In this document: piece after piece, positions 63,408-64,000 of the stretch
How the letters are laid out: each line of letters starts with the position of its first letter
Position numbering within the stretch: the first letter of the stretch is position 1
Assembly (NCBI RefSeq): GCF_001194135.2
Contig: NC_068982.1
Location: forward strand, 136,144,960-136,208,959
DNA from: Octopus bimaculoides
Taxonomy: Eukaryota
DNA length: 64,000 nucleotides
Reading direction: 5' to 3'
The notes under the pieces: model-generated
What the model was told of the DNA's origin: nothing
What the model saw: only the letters and a program-made list of their open reading frames with translations
Databases searched by the model: none
Made by a program: the position numbers and the translations under genes

Positions 63408-63572
63408 GTTTTATTAACAAATATGAGTAATATTGTTACATATTTTGAATATCAGTGGCAATACCATATAACATTGGAAGCAGAAACAGCTGTTAGATGG
63501 GATGCAGTATTGAATTAATAAATAATAATTGATGTAAGTCAATTGTTGTTAATCAGTACTTCTCCATTTTCT

Positions 63573-63611
<39 letters not shown>

Positions 63612-63612
<1 letters not shown>

Positions 63613-63805
63613 GGAGGGGTTCTGAAGAGTTCTTGGCTTTAAGGATGTCGTGAAAGGCCTGGCTGGAGACCCAACTTTCAGAATTCTTTTGCAAAGCTTA
63701 GGAAAACCAAAGGACCGTTGCGATAAGTTAATGAATCTGAATAAAATCTTAACTGATCTTCCTGATTTTCTGCAACTCAAAGTCAAAACTTTTCAGCACC
63801 CCTCG
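63612..63805. mobile_element. mariner-type MITE
   Basis: TIRs CGGAGGGGTTCTGAAGAGTTCTTGGCTTT / CGAGGGGTGCTGAAAAGTTTTGACTTT; TA on both sides (63,610-11, 63,806-07). Confidence 0.75.
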
Positions 63806-64000
63806 TAAATATGTTCATATATCAAACTTACTGCGTTTCATAATAGTTGTATTAGAATCTCAATGTACTACATCAGTAGATGTTTTACAAAATTTCTTTG
63901 CAAAGCTGAGAATAAACCTGGTTCAATCTACATCAACAGTAACTTACCAAATTACCAGACAGAGGAGCCAAACTCTTTCTATTTCTTCCCCATAACTACA

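Overview
AT-rich, repeat-dense animal genomic DNA with six N-gaps. The SINE, LINE and microsatellite make-up suggests a cephalopod, probably Octopus (inference; no database was searched). No host protein-coding gene is confidently recognisable; only a weak cluster of candidate exons at 11.9-13.0 kb (minus strand). The window is mostly mobile-element debris. It holds four tRNA-headed SINE types (labelled A-D here) in dozens of copies, six R4/Dong-type LINE fragments (four of them next to (TAA)n tracts), CR1- and RTE-type LINE ends, two decayed mariner copies, several Tc1/mariner, pogo and hAT MITEs, a Helentron-like element split by an ORF1-only retroelement, and many microsatellites. Two things stand out. 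(1) Several hammerhead-ribozyme-like motifs, including one at 23,582-23,637 whose core elements and complementary stems occur in a non-canonical (non-circularly permuted) order inside an 832-bp unit bounded by direct repeats. (2) A ~17.5-kb, strand-asymmetric, highly diverged tandem array (45.6-63.1 kb) built from a ~59-bp monomer organised into ~1.2-2.2-kb higher-order units and later invaded by SINEs and MITEs.
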